Positions 42,651-51,786 of a DNA stretch of 64,000 nucleotides are shown piece after piece. The translations under genes were made by a program, and so were the position numbers. Position 1 is the stretch's first letter. Every line of letters starts with the position of its first letter. The notes below the pieces were generated by a model. That model had not been told where the DNA came from, made no database searches, and saw only the letters and a list, made by a program, of their open reading frames with translations. Source of the DNA: Patescibacteria group bacterium (GTDB taxonomy: Bacteria > Patescibacteriota > Microgenomatia > UBA8517); NCBI GenBank assembly GCA_038206135.1, contig JBBRBD010000001.1, forward strand, positions 65,919-129,918. Direction: 5' to 3'.

Positions 42651-43703
42651 ATGGGAAATCCGAGCATTATTACCCTGGCTCTTGGGCTAATTATCTTTTC
42701 ATTCCTTATAACTTCTATTTTAATAGTTCCTTTTATTGATTTTCTCTTCCGAAAGAAATTTACTCGACAAGTAGAAGGAGGAAAGTCTAGTAAGTCGCTC
42801 TTTGATAAATTACATGACAAAAAAGCTGGCACTCCAGTCGGAGGAGGGATTCTTGTAATTGGCGTTGTGGCTGTTTTGTTTATGATACTTATGCCGTTTA
42901 TTTCCTATGTAGGGATTCATATTCAATCTTCATTTAATTTAAGTCAGGAGCAATTTATTATCATCTTTACGTTTATTTCTTTTGGTGTAGTCGGGTTACT
43001 CGATGACTATATAAAGATTTTTGGTAAGCCACAGAAAGGAAATTTAGGGTCTGTTTTTGGACTCTCAAAAATTCAAAAATTTTCTCTCCAATGTGTACTT
43101 GCCGGTTTTATTGGGTTTTATTTATATCACTTCGTCGGAATACAGATATTACATGTACCTCTCTTTAACGTGACTATTCACCTCGGGGTGCTTTATATTC
43201 CATTTTCTGCATTTGTAATTATTTTTTTTACAAATGCGTTTAACTTTACAGATGGACTTGATGGTCTTGCTTCAGGATTGCTCATGATATATCTCTTTGC
43301 ATATGTAATTATTGCTGCAGGAAATCTTGATACTCCACTTTTTATCTTTACCGCACTTTGGCTTGGATCCTTAATTTCATTTTTATATTTCAACACATGG
43401 CCGGCACGTATTTGGATGGGCGATGCTGGAGCGCTTTCTTTTGGAGCAATGATTGCAGTAATTGGTTTGATTACAGGGAATGTTGCAACTACGTTTGTAA
43501 TTGGCGGAATTTTTGTAGTTGAGGCTGCTTCTTCATTAATTCAAATTTTGGGATATAAATTTCTGAAACGGAAAATTTTTCCATTGGCACCAATTCATCA
43601 CGCATTTCTTGCTGGTGGATGGGAGGAACCAAAAATTGTTATTCGTGCCTGGGTTGTTGGAATTATGCTTGCTATTCTCGGCTTGTGGCTTGCTACAATT
43701 TAA
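42651..43703 (+). CDS. mraY: Phospho-MurNAc-pentapeptide transferase
   Basis: KAGTPVGGG, GLLDD, NFTDGLDGL, MGDAG, APIHH. Confidence 0.95.
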   Translation: MGNPSIITLALGLIIFSFLITSILIVPFIDFLFRKKFTRQVEGGKSSKSLFDKLHDKKAGTPVGGGILVIGVVAVLFMILMPFISYVGIHIQSSFNLSQEQFIIIFTFISFGVVGLLDDYIKIFGKPQKGNLGSVFGLSKIQKFSLQCVLAGFIGFYLYHFVGIQILHVPLFNVTIHLGVLYIPFSAFVIIFFTNAFNFTDGLDGLASGLLMIYLFAYVIIAAGNLDTPLFIFTALWLGSLISFLYFNTWPARIWMGDAGALSFGAMIAVIGLITGNVATTFVIGGIFVVEAASSLIQILGYKFLKRKIFPLAPIHHAFLAGGWEEPKIVIRAWVVGIMLAILGLWLATI

Positions 43704-43706
43704 GGT

Positions 43707-44846
43707 GTGTTAAAAACGAACTCCGTTGGTGATAAGGTGTTTTTTGGATTAACAATTCTCCTCACGATATTGGGGCTTCTAAGCGTTGCTAATACTTCAG
43801 CGCCACTTGCAGTAAGTGCATTCCACGACCCTTTATTTTTTGTAAAACAGCAGTTAGTTTGGGCTGCGCTTGGGTTTGTTGCCTTAATTGTTGCATATAT
43901 AACTCCGTATACACTCTGGAAAAAGTTTGCACCTCATATATTTGCAGGAACTCTCGTCCTTTTGGTTGCAGTATTAATACCAGGCCTAGGTTCACGATTG
44001 TTGGGTGCGCGTAGATGGATTAATCTTGGCCCAGTTAGTTTTCAACCTTCAGAATTTATTAAACTTGCACTTGCTTTGTTTTTTGCATGGATGGCTGAAA
44101 AAAAGTATCCGATTAAATATTTCGCGTGGACACTTGCTGCGGTTTCAGGCCTGGTGATGTTGCAGCCAGATCTGGGGACTACTATTACTATAGTACTTGT
44201 CGGCTTTGTCCAAATGTTTATCGCCGGGTTTCCATTACTCACATTGGGTATCTTTGGCGCAGGAGGCACACTGGCTGCATTTGTACTGGTCATGACTTCA
44301 GGCTATCGTCGAGACCGTTTACTCTCGTTTTTTTCCAGTGAGCATGATCCCACTGGAACGAGTTACCACGTTCGACAAATTTTATTAGCATTAGGTTCTG
44401 GAGGGTTGTTTGGAGTAGGTCTTGGTCAATCTAAACAAAAGCAATTATTTTTACCAGAAACAGCAACAGACTCAGTTTTTGCAGTAATATCCGAAGAGCT
44501 CGGTTTTGTTGGAGCCTTTTGTTTAATTTTACTACTCACTTATTTCTGTTTGAGAGCATTTAAAATTGCGAAAAATGCCCCAGATCGTTTTTCTCAAATA
44601 CTCGCAACTGGCATTGCCGCTTGGCTTTCTGGGCAAATGTTTTTAAATATTGCTTCCATGGTCTCGTTAACTCCACTTACAGGAATTCCGCTTCCATTTT
44701 TTAGCTACGGAGGTAGTTCACTTACCATGATTTTGCTCTCTGTTGGTATACTATTACAGATTTCACGATATGCTACCCCACAAACGCCAAATTACGGTTC
44801 TCTTAACCGGGGGCCACGCCGCCACCACAGCGTTCGCCACAATTGA
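43707..44846 (+). CDS. ftsW: SEDS peptidoglycan polymerase FtsW
   Basis: GARRWI, FQPSEF, QPDLG, LPFFSYGGSS; between mraY and murG. Confidence 0.92.
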   Translation: MLKTNSVGDKVFFGLTILLTILGLLSVANTSAPLAVSAFHDPLFFVKQQLVWAALGFVALIVAYITPYTLWKKFAPHIFAGTLVLLVAVLIPGLGSRLLGARRWINLGPVSFQPSEFIKLALALFFAWMAEKKYPIKYFAWTLAAVSGLVMLQPDLGTTITIVLVGFVQMFIAGFPLLTLGIFGAGGTLAAFVLVMTSGYRRDRLLSFFSSEHDPTGTSYHVRQILLALGSGGLFGVGLGQSKQKQLFLPETATDSVFAVISEELGFVGAFCLILLLTYFCLRAFKIAKNAPDRFSQILATGIAAWLSGQMFLNIASMVSLTPLTGIPLPFFSYGGSSLTMILLSVGILLQISRYATPQTPNYGSLNRGPRRHHSVRHN

Positions 44847-45894
44847 AGAATTACGAGCTGATGCAGCAGTTGATTGGAACATCTCTTGGATTGGGCCTAA
44901 AAGAGCCCTTGAGGGTTCTACTATAAAGCCTTTTGAGTTAGATCTATTTCCAAAGCTTCACGTAACGGTTTATTCGATCACTGCAGGCAAATTACAAAGT
45001 AAATTTACCAGGTACACGATACCCGCACTACTCAAAATACCAGTTGGTTTTATTTCGAGTATCATTCTCCTCCGGAAGATTAAGCCGCAAGTGGTGCTTT
45101 CATTTGGTGGCTTTGCTGGTGTTCCTGTCGTCTTTGCCGCATATATATTGGGTATACCTATTGTCTTGCACGAACAAACGGTGGCTGCAGGTCTTGCAAA
45201 CAGAGTTACGGGATTTTTTGCCTCAAAAATTGCTTTGGCTCGCGTCGAAAGTAAACAATTTTTTAATCGGAAGAAATGTGTTGTTATTGGGAACCCCCTC
45301 ATGAGTGAAGTACTTAGAGTGAAAACAAAGGATTCTTTACCACAAATTCCTACTATTTACGTAACGGGAGGGTCTCGTGGAGCACAACGTATTAATAATC
45401 CAGTTTTTGTTTCTCTGCCTAAACTTCTATCGAAATATAAAATAATTCATCAAACAGGCTTGCTTGATTATGAAAAAGCTTTAACGGTGAAATCAAAGTT
45501 GGAGAAGCGCTTGCAATCTCGTTATGAAATACATGCATTTATTAATCCTGTTGAAATAGGAAATATTTACAATAAATCATCATTGGTTGTGGGAAGAGCA
45601 GGCGCAAATACTGTAAGCGAAGTTTTAAGTTTGGGGATTCCGAGTATATTCATACCGATTCCTTGGACACGGGCTAACGAGCAGACCAAAAATGCTGAGC
45701 ATGCACAAAAAACTGGAGTTTCAGTTTTGTTGCCTGAGTCGAGGTTAAACCCAGAAATATTTGTTCAAATGGTAAATTCAGTGTTTAAAAAGTGGAACAA
45801 GATGTACGAACTAGGAAGAATTCGATTGAATGAAAATATGGATAAAAATGCAGCAAAACGTTTAGTTGCTGTTTTATTGGAACTAATTCCATGA
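44770..45894 (+). CDS. murG: Lipid I N-acetylglucosaminyl transferase
   Basis: TGGH, FGGF, HEQ, GGSRGA, RAGANT, EQTKNA. Confidence 0.92.
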   Translation: MLPHKRQITVLLTGGHAATTAFATIEELRADAAVDWNISWIGPKRALEGSTIKPFELDLFPKLHVTVYSITAGKLQSKFTRYTIPALLKIPVGFISSIILLRKIKPQVVLSFGGFAGVPVVFAAYILGIPIVLHEQTVAAGLANRVTGFFASKIALARVESKQFFNRKKCVVIGNPLMSEVLRVKTKDSLPQIPTIYVTGGSRGAQRINNPVFVSLPKLLSKYKIIHQTGLLDYEKALTVKSKLEKRLQSRYEIHAFINPVEIGNIYNKSSLVVGRAGANTVSEVLSLGIPSIFIPIPWTRANEQTKNAEHAQKTGVSVLLPESRLNPEIFVQMVNSVFKKWNKMYELGRIRLNENMDKNAAKRLVAVLLELIP

Positions 45895-46562
45895 AGCGAG
45901 TTTTCTTTGCATTTGGAATTATCTTAGTAGTCATATTACTTGTATGTGTCTTTGTTTTGAAAGTTCGAAATACATCATGCTCAGCGTCTAACTTGACATG
46001 TCCATCAGATATTTCAACTGAAGTACATTCCTTTCAAGGAAGACGGCTATTTGGATCTCAAAAAGCACTTCGAAATTTTCTTTCAAATAAGCCTGAAGTG
46101 AAATCATTCTCAATTTACACTTCTCCTCTTGGAGATATTTTTATCAATTTAGAACTTAGAAAAGCTGATATTGCACTCTCACCAGAGGGTTCATCTGTCT
46201 TTACGCTATATACAAAAGAAGGTGTTGTAGTAAGAGAATCTCCAGGGACTACAGTACCTGTTGTTATATTAAAAGAGCAGCTACCCCCTGAAGCAGTTTC
46301 GTTTATTGTGCAACTTTCATGGCAACTTACGACGATACTTCCAGTTCAAGAAATGACTGTTGAAGGTAGCAGCCTCAAGGTTGTGTTACGCGATGGACGA
46401 TTTGTGCATTATCCATTGTCAGGAGACATCGATTTACTCCTTGGAACGACGCTTGCAACGTTTTCACAGTTGAACCTCACCGACGGAAAACTTATTATAG
46501 ATAAGAAGGCTACCGAAATTCATGAAATTGATCTTCGGTTCAAGAATCCCGTTTTGCGATAG
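45891..46562 (+). CDS. ftsQ: FtsQ/DivIB-like protein
   Basis: N-terminal TM, C-terminal IDLRF, position before ftsA. Confidence 0.65.
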   Translation: MKRVFFAFGIILVVILLVCVFVLKVRNTSCSASNLTCPSDISTEVHSFQGRRLFGSQKALRNFLSNKPEVKSFSIYTSPLGDIFINLELRKADIALSPEGSSVFTLYTKEGVVVRESPGTTVPVVILKEQLPPEAVSFIVQLSWQLTTILPVQEMTVEGSSLKVVLRDGRFVHYPLSGDIDLLLGTTLATFSQLNLTDGKLIIDKKATEIHEIDLRFKNPVLR

Positions 46563-46580
46563 TATGATACATTAAAACAC

Positions 46581-47873
46581 ATGGCTAAACAAAAAATTGT
46601 TGCAGGTATAGATATCGGTTCAAGTAAAATTACCACTCTTATTGCTCAGGTAAGCGTGGAACCGATGACATATGAAACTTCAGTCTCCGTAGTTGGAGTA
46701 TCGAGTACACCAAGTAAAGGTGTAAAAAAAGGTCAAATTGTAAATATAGAAGAAGCAGTTGAATCTATCATTGCTTCTGTTGAAGGTGCAGAACGAATGG
46801 CTGGATACAATCTTGACTCTGCTTTTATCTCCGTGGGTGGTGCACATGTCTCTTCTCAAAACTCAACTGGAGTCGTTGCTGTTTCTGATCCTAATGGTGA
46901 AGTAAATGCAGCGGATGTGAACCGGGTTATTCAAGCCGCGCGTGCAATTTCAATTCCAGCAGCGAGGCAAGTTATTCATGTCCTCCCACGTGAGTTTATG
47001 GTTGATGGTGAGAGGGGAGTGCGTGATCCTGTTGGTATGAGTGGCGTTCGATTAGAGGTTGATACACATCTTATTACTGTCAGTTCAGCCGCTCTCAAGA
47101 ATGTAACAAAAGCTGTAAACGAAGTAGGAGTCAAAATAAACGATACGGTATTTAGTGCTTTAGCTTCCGCGTATGCAACGCTTTCGGACACTGAAAAGGA
47201 ACTTGGATGCGTGTTAATTGATATTGGAGCAGGCACGACTTCAATCGCGGCATATGTTGATGGCGCACTTGCTTATTCAGGAGCGCTTCCAGTTGGCGCT
47301 CGAAATGTTACAAACGATTTGGCAATAGGTCTTCGTGTCTCTCTCGACACAGCTGAAAACATAAAACTCAAACTTTCCGATAAAAGTTATATGGAAAAAA
47401 TGCAATCTGGGAATAAAGAAGTGAAACACGAACAGCTTGAAATTTCTGAAACTGGTTCCACAGAAATCAAAAAAGTTGCAAAACGAACGCTTACTGAAGG
47501 AATTATTAAGCCACGATTAAATGAAATTTTTAGTATGGTGAGAGCAGAACTTGAAAGAGTTGGCATCGTTCACAAAATACCTTCAGGAGTGATCCTGACA
47601 GGTGGAGGTGCACTTACTGTTGGTGTTGAAGATTCAGCGCGAAAAGTGCTTTCAGTGCCTGTGCGAGTGGCCTCGCCAAGTGGAATTTCTGGTCTTATTG
47701 ACGATATTGTAAATCCACAGTTCGCAACTTCCGTTGGACTAGTTTTGTATGGCGTCAAAATGAATCCAGAGGGCTCTTCTACTCCTTCATTTTCGACCGG
47801 AAAATTAAAGGGATTGCCAACTGGTAAAATGTTCGGTAGACTGATAGAGTCAATTCGAGATTTACTGCCGTAA
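46581..47873 (+). CDS. ftsA: Cell division protein FtsA
   Basis: GIDIGSSK, PVGMSGVRLEV, DIGAGTT, LTGGG. Confidence 0.96.
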   Translation: MAKQKIVAGIDIGSSKITTLIAQVSVEPMTYETSVSVVGVSSTPSKGVKKGQIVNIEEAVESIIASVEGAERMAGYNLDSAFISVGGAHVSSQNSTGVVAVSDPNGEVNAADVNRVIQAARAISIPAARQVIHVLPREFMVDGERGVRDPVGMSGVRLEVDTHLITVSSAALKNVTKAVNEVGVKINDTVFSALASAYATLSDTEKELGCVLIDIGAGTTSIAAYVDGALAYSGALPVGARNVTNDLAIGLRVSLDTAENIKLKLSDKSYMEKMQSGNKEVKHEQLEISETGSTEIKKVAKRTLTEGIIKPRLNEIFSMVRAELERVGIVHKIPSGVILTGGGALTVGVEDSARKVLSVPVRVASPSGISGLIDDIVNPQFATSVGLVLYGVKMNPEGSSTPSFSTGKLKGLPTGKMFGRLIESIRDLLP

Positions 47874-47912
47874 ATCTTTCTGCTACACTGCCCGTAGTTA
47901 TTTGTATATACT

Positions 47913-49106
47913 ATGGCGCTTGTTAAACCCGACGCGAGTCGAATCGCAAAAATAAAAGTTATTGGAGTTGGTGGTGGTGGTGGAAATGCCGTGGCTTCAA
48001 TGGTCGAAGGAAACACAATAGATGGTGTTGAATTTATTGTGGTCAATACAGATGCACAGGTACTTCTTGATAACACAGCGACAACAAAACTTCAGATTGG
48101 AGAAAAACTTACACGCGGACTTGGAGTAGGAGGAAATCCTGAAATTGGTTCTCAAGCTGCAGAAGAATCACAAGAAAAATTAAAAGAATTACTTCAAGAT
48201 TCTGATATGGTTTTCATCACAGCAGGTATGGGTGGTGGAACTGGGACTGGAGCTTCTCCGGTTGTTGCTCGAATTGCAAAAGAAATTGGAGCATTGACTG
48301 TTGGAATTGTTACAAAACCATTTGCTTTTGAAGGAGCAAGACGATCAATTCATGCAGAAGAAGGTATCGAGCGGCTCCGAGATGAAGTAGATACTCTTAT
48401 CGTTATTCCAAATCAGCGTCTTATGGATGTTGTAGATCGGAAGATGACACTTATTGAAGCATTTAAAATTGTAGATGGTGTATTGGGACAAGCGGTTACT
48501 GGAATCGCTGAAATTATTACAACACCAGGGTTGGTTAACGTTGACTTTGCAGACGTTAAGACCATCATGAAGGATGCTGGAACCGCACTGTTGGGAATTG
48601 GAGTTGGAGTAGGTGAGAACAGAGCACAAATGGCAGCTCGTGCCGCAATAAGTTCTCCGCTTCTCGATCTTTCAATTGATGGAGCTCGTGGAGTCCTGTT
48701 TAATGTAACAGGTGGATCTGATCTTACAATGTATGAGCTTGATGAAGCTGCTCGTATTATTAGTAGTGCGGCAGACCCTGATGCTAACGTCATATTCGGA
48801 TCAGTTATCAAAGATGATATGTCTGATCAAGTGCGTATTACAGTTGTCGCGACAGGGTTTGATGAGACACAAGCACGTCTTACAAAGTTTTCTCGACCAA
48901 TGGAGCCAGGTGCGCGTATGGAAGGGGTTATTGCAGAACCAAGAAGCACAATGATGAAAGAACAAAACGAGGAAAGACAAACAGTGGATGAAACACCGCG
49001 CAATGTTTTTAGCTCCCCTCAACCAGTTAATCAGGCACAAGAAGAAAAAACTGATGAATTTGGAGATGACTTTGAAATCCCAGCATTTCTTCGAAAAGTT
49101 CACTAA
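47913..49106 (+). CDS. ftsZ: Cell division protein FtsZ
   Basis: [25 protein letters not shown]-terminal IPAFLR. Confidence 0.98.
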   Translation: MALVKPDASRIAKIKVIGVGGGGGNAVASMVEGNTIDGVEFIVVNTDAQVLLDNTATTKLQIGEKLTRGLGVGGNPEIGSQAAEESQEKLKELLQDSDMVFITAGMGGGTGTGASPVVARIAKEIGALTVGIVTKPFAFEGARRSIHAEEGIERLRDEVDTLIVIPNQRLMDVVDRKMTLIEAFKIVDGVLGQAVTGIAEIITTPGLVNVDFADVKTIMKDAGTALLGIGVGVGENRAQMAARAAISSPLLDLSIDGARGVLFNVTGGSDLTMYELDEAARIISSAADPDANVIFGSVIKDDMSDQVRITVVATGFDETQARLTKFSRPMEPGARMEGVIAEPRSTMMKEQNEERQTVDETPRNVFSSPQPVNQAQEEKTDEFGDDFEIPAFLRKVH

Positions 49107-49129
49107 ATTCGCAAAAGTCCCCATAGTAC

Positions 49130-49157
49130 TTGACATTCGTCCAAAATCTGGTATAGT
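49130..49157 (+). promoter_or_regulatory. Strong sigma70-type promoter facing an ORF-free region
   Basis: TTGACA(49130)-16 bp-TATAGT(49152) with TGn extended -10. Confidence 0.75.
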
Positions 49158-49328
49158 ATGATCAACTCATTGAAAAGGCCTCAAAAGGTCTTGAAGATAG
49201 AGCCATGTAAGTGCCCTACGGGGCGGGTTGATTTCTTAAGGAGCAATTTGCGCTCAATCTAGCGGTCAGGGCTTTTAAAAGCACTGCTTCCTTAGGGCAC
49301 TATCATTTTAGTTCATTTACAGATAAAT

Positions 49329-49380
49329 TTTTGACTTTCTTAATTAATACATGTTTTGTGTGTCGATTAAGGAAGCCAAG
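49329..49380 (+). repeat. Hairpin repeat copy 1
   Basis: TTTTGACTTTCTTAATTA...TTAAGGAAGCCAAG. Confidence 0.85.
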
Positions 49381-49640
49381 CAGAAGTGCTTGTATTCCAA
49401 ACAAGACGCATTGCGTCACGGTGGGGAAAGCTAGGAGCTTTTCATACGTTTGGTCGTCACCCACAAAGTGAACACATCAAACAATATTGCTTTTCAGTTT
49501 ATCTGGATAGCGTATGAAGGACTTCGAACTGAGGTGATATATATTGCCAAAGAGTGATTCTCACCGCGCGTAGTTAGCCAATAGCTACCCTGTCCTTCTC
49601 TCAAGAATTAAACTTCTTGAAAGAAAATTATTTGAAACTA

Positions 49641-49667
49641 GAGGGGGGATTTAAGTCCCCCCCTTTT
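49641..49667 (+). terminator. Internal terminator-like hairpin
   Basis: GGGGGGAT-TTAA-GTCCCCCC followed by CTTTT. Confidence 0.6.
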
Positions 49668-49718
49668 GACTTTCTTAATTAGTGCACCTATCTTGGTGCA
49701 CTGCTTAAGGGGGCCAAG
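49664..49718 (+). repeat. Hairpin repeat copy 2
   Basis: TTTTGACTTTCTTAATTA...TTAAGGGGGCCAAG. Confidence 0.85.
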
Positions 49719-49919
49719 ACTAAACACTTTTAAATTTTTAAAAGTTATTACAAGAGTTTAGTTTTCCCGCAGCCATTGTGGTTGCAGCCCTCTCGTTTTT
49801 ATCCGTTTTTCATGGAGTTAAGTGGAAGTAAAGTTGCTCTTAATTGAGCTACTGGAAACTTCCTCACAATCGTACTGTTACTTAACATACTTGTAACAGG
49901 ACGTTATCTTATGTCGTCG

Positions 49920-49945
49920 GGGCCAGCAGTCGTGCTGGCCCTTTT
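49920..49945 (+). terminator. Intrinsic terminator
   Basis: GGGCCAGCA-GTCG-TGCTGGCCC-TTTT. Confidence 0.75.
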
Positions 49946-50073
49946 AATGTCCAAAAATACTTCTTTTGGTGTAAAATAACCTCATTAGTCATGAACAAAC
50001 ATCGACATATGAATATAAATGGTGCATTTTTCAAAACTCTAAAAAAAGCGCTTTTTGAAGAGGTACCTCACAA

Positions 50074-51141
50074 ATGAAACGAATAAGTATTCGAGGTGTT
50101 AATATTATTTTCGCTCCGATCATCATTTGCTTGCTGCTCGGTTTTTTGATGCTTCACTCAATTGCACCACAAGTTTTTCCACAATATTACGTTTACATTG
50201 TCCTTTCTATTGTCATTTTTTTTGTTTTCTTGAGGACAGATTTTGATACATTAAGCGCTTTTTCTAACTTTTTCTACGTCGGTAGTATCGCTTTGTTAAT
50301 TCTTCCAATAATCATCGGACAGGTTACTCGGGGAACAATTCGCTGGATTCCAATTGGAGGTTTTAATCTACAGCCAGCTGAAATTGTGCGTCCATTTTTG
50401 ATACTTTTTTTTGCAAATTATTTTACGACTAGATCGATTACTTTAAAACGTTTCATCATAAGTGTTCCGCTCATGGGTTTGCCGCTAGTTTTAATTTTCC
50501 TGCAACCTTCACTCGGTGTTACGCTCCTGACTTCAGCAGGGTTTGCCGGAGTAATATTCTCGCTAAATATCCCTCGAAAATATTATCTTTGGGCTGTTAT
50601 TGCGTTCATCGTTGCTTCTCCAATCTTTTGGTTATTGTTAGCGCCTTACCAAAAAGCAAGAGTGAATGCCTTGCTTTCGCCCGGAACTGATCCTTCGGGT
50701 CAAGGATATAACTCAATTCAGTCTGTTATAGCAGTCGGTTCGGGTATGTTTTCTGGACGTGGATTGGGCAATGGAATTCAAACTCAGCTCTCATTTTTAC
50801 CTGAAAAGCATACGGATTTTATGTTTGCTGCAATTTCTGAAGAACTCGGTTTTTTCGGTGCTGCAATTGTATTGGCATCGCTTGTCGCAATTCTTTATGG
50901 ACTAACAAAAATTTTAGAAAAAAGCAGTTCTTCTGTGAAAAGAGCCTACGTCGCTGGCGTCTTCATGACTTTCTTTATGCAAGTTTTTGTACATATGGGA
51001 ATGAATATGGGAATGCTTCCAATTACTGGTGTTCCGCTACCATTAGTTTCATATGGAGGGTCATCTTTACTCTCAACTGCAGTCCTCCTCGCCCTCGCCT
51101 TGCAAGGAGACTCTATTTCAGGTAAAATACAATCCATATAA
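50074..51141 (+). CDS. rodA: SEDS protein RodA
   Basis: RWI, LQPAE, GYNSIQS, FLPEKHTDF, LPLVSYGGSS; second SEDS paralogue. Confidence 0.85.
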   Translation: MKRISIRGVNIIFAPIIICLLLGFLMLHSIAPQVFPQYYVYIVLSIVIFFVFLRTDFDTLSAFSNFFYVGSIALLILPIIIGQVTRGTIRWIPIGGFNLQPAEIVRPFLILFFANYFTTRSITLKRFIISVPLMGLPLVLIFLQPSLGVTLLTSAGFAGVIFSLNIPRKYYLWAVIAFIVASPIFWLLLAPYQKARVNALLSPGTDPSGQGYNSIQSVIAVGSGMFSGRGLGNGIQTQLSFLPEKHTDFMFAAISEELGFFGAAIVLASLVAILYGLTKILEKSSSSVKRAYVAGVFMTFFMQVFVHMGMNMGMLPITGVPLPLVSYGGSSLLSTAVLLALALQGDSISGKIQSI

Positions 51142-51149
51142 GCATTACT

Positions 51150-51446
51150 ATGAAATACGCAGTTGTTCGCACACAAGGCCACCAATATCGAGTAGAAGAA
51201 GGACAAGATTTCTTGGTTCCAAAAGCTGATGACTTCAATTTTGAAGTTCTTCTTGTTGTGGATGGTGAAAAACTTACTGTTGGTGATCCAATCGTGAAAA
51301 CTCACAATGTGAGCTTGAAAGTAACCGAGCCTTTGGTTAAGGGTGAAAAAATAAGAGTTTTTAAATATAAAGCAAAATCTCGCTATCGAAAAACAATAGG
51401 TTCTCGACCTAAATATACTCAAATTCACGTTGAGACAATTGGATAA
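51150..51446 (+). CDS. rplU: 50S ribosomal protein L21
   Basis: YAVVRTQGHQYRV, KIRVFKYKAKSRYRK. Confidence 0.95.
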   Translation: MKYAVVRTQGHQYRVEEGQDFLVPKADDFNFEVLLVVDGEKLTVGDPIVKTHNVSLKVTEPLVKGEKIRVFKYKAKSRYRKTIGSRPKYTQIHVETIG

Positions 51447-51514
51447 GTGTATCAAACTATAAATTAAGATACTCTTGACAGTCGTGAAAAACTTTATTAA
51501 TCTAAAATAATACT

Positions 51515-51760
51515 ATGTCAACACATAAAGCAGCGGGTAAAACAAAGCAGCACGTAAGTCCTGATGGAAAAAGACTTGGAGTGAAGCGCATGCATTTAGA
51601 AACTGTTTCAAGTGGTGAAATTTTAGTTCGACAAAGAGGATCAACATTTCATGCTGGTAAAAATGTGAAAGTTGGACGTGACTTCACTCTTTATGCAGTC
51701 TCAGGCGGTTTGGTCCAATTTAGCAAAAAACTGGGGAGAAAATTTGTCTCAGTAGTTTAA
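51515..51760 (+). CDS. rpmA: 50S ribosomal protein L27
   Basis: HKAAG, KRLGVK, ILVRQRG, VGRDFTL. Confidence 0.95.
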   Translation: MSTHKAAGKTKQHVSPDGKRLGVKRMHLETVSSGEILVRQRGSTFHAGKNVKVGRDFTLYAVSGGLVQFSKKLGRKFVSVV

Positions 51761-51786
51761 GTTAGTTAGTTTTTATTACTTGTCCA

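Larger units (their letters stand above)
49164..49945 (+). ncRNA. Candidate large or multi-unit structured ncRNA, family unknown
   Basis: No ORF of 60 aa or more; promoter upstream, terminator downstream; more than 12 stems, many with G-U pairs; duplicated hairpin. Confidence 0.6.

Noticed and set aside
42596-42832. N-terminal extension of MurD in the ORF track
   Set aside because: Antisense to mraY; homology starts at MVDFKK (ATG 42595).
49822-49896. 24-aa GTG ORF (MEVKLLLIELLETSSQSYCYLTYL) after GGAG, and a 9-aa TTG ORF at 49544 after GAGGTG: possible type I toxin peptides
   Set aside because: Too short, no full TM helix, the two are unrelated, and SD use is rare here; not fully excluded.
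49160-49945. tmRNA, RNase P, SRP RNA, self-splicing intron, CRISPR array or oriC as explanation of the ftsZ-rodA gap
   Set aside because: No tRNA-like ends, no GAGGAAAGTCC/CGGCTTA P4 pair, no SRP helix-8 motif, no recognisable intron core, only two repeats 335 nt apart, no TTATCCACA boxes. Judged by eye; cmscan is needed to exclude divergent forms.
50946-51455. 169-aa - strand ORF, and similar long shadow ORFs at 4838, 14222, 17623, 27618, 47570
   Set aside because: Antisense shadows of well-supported genes.
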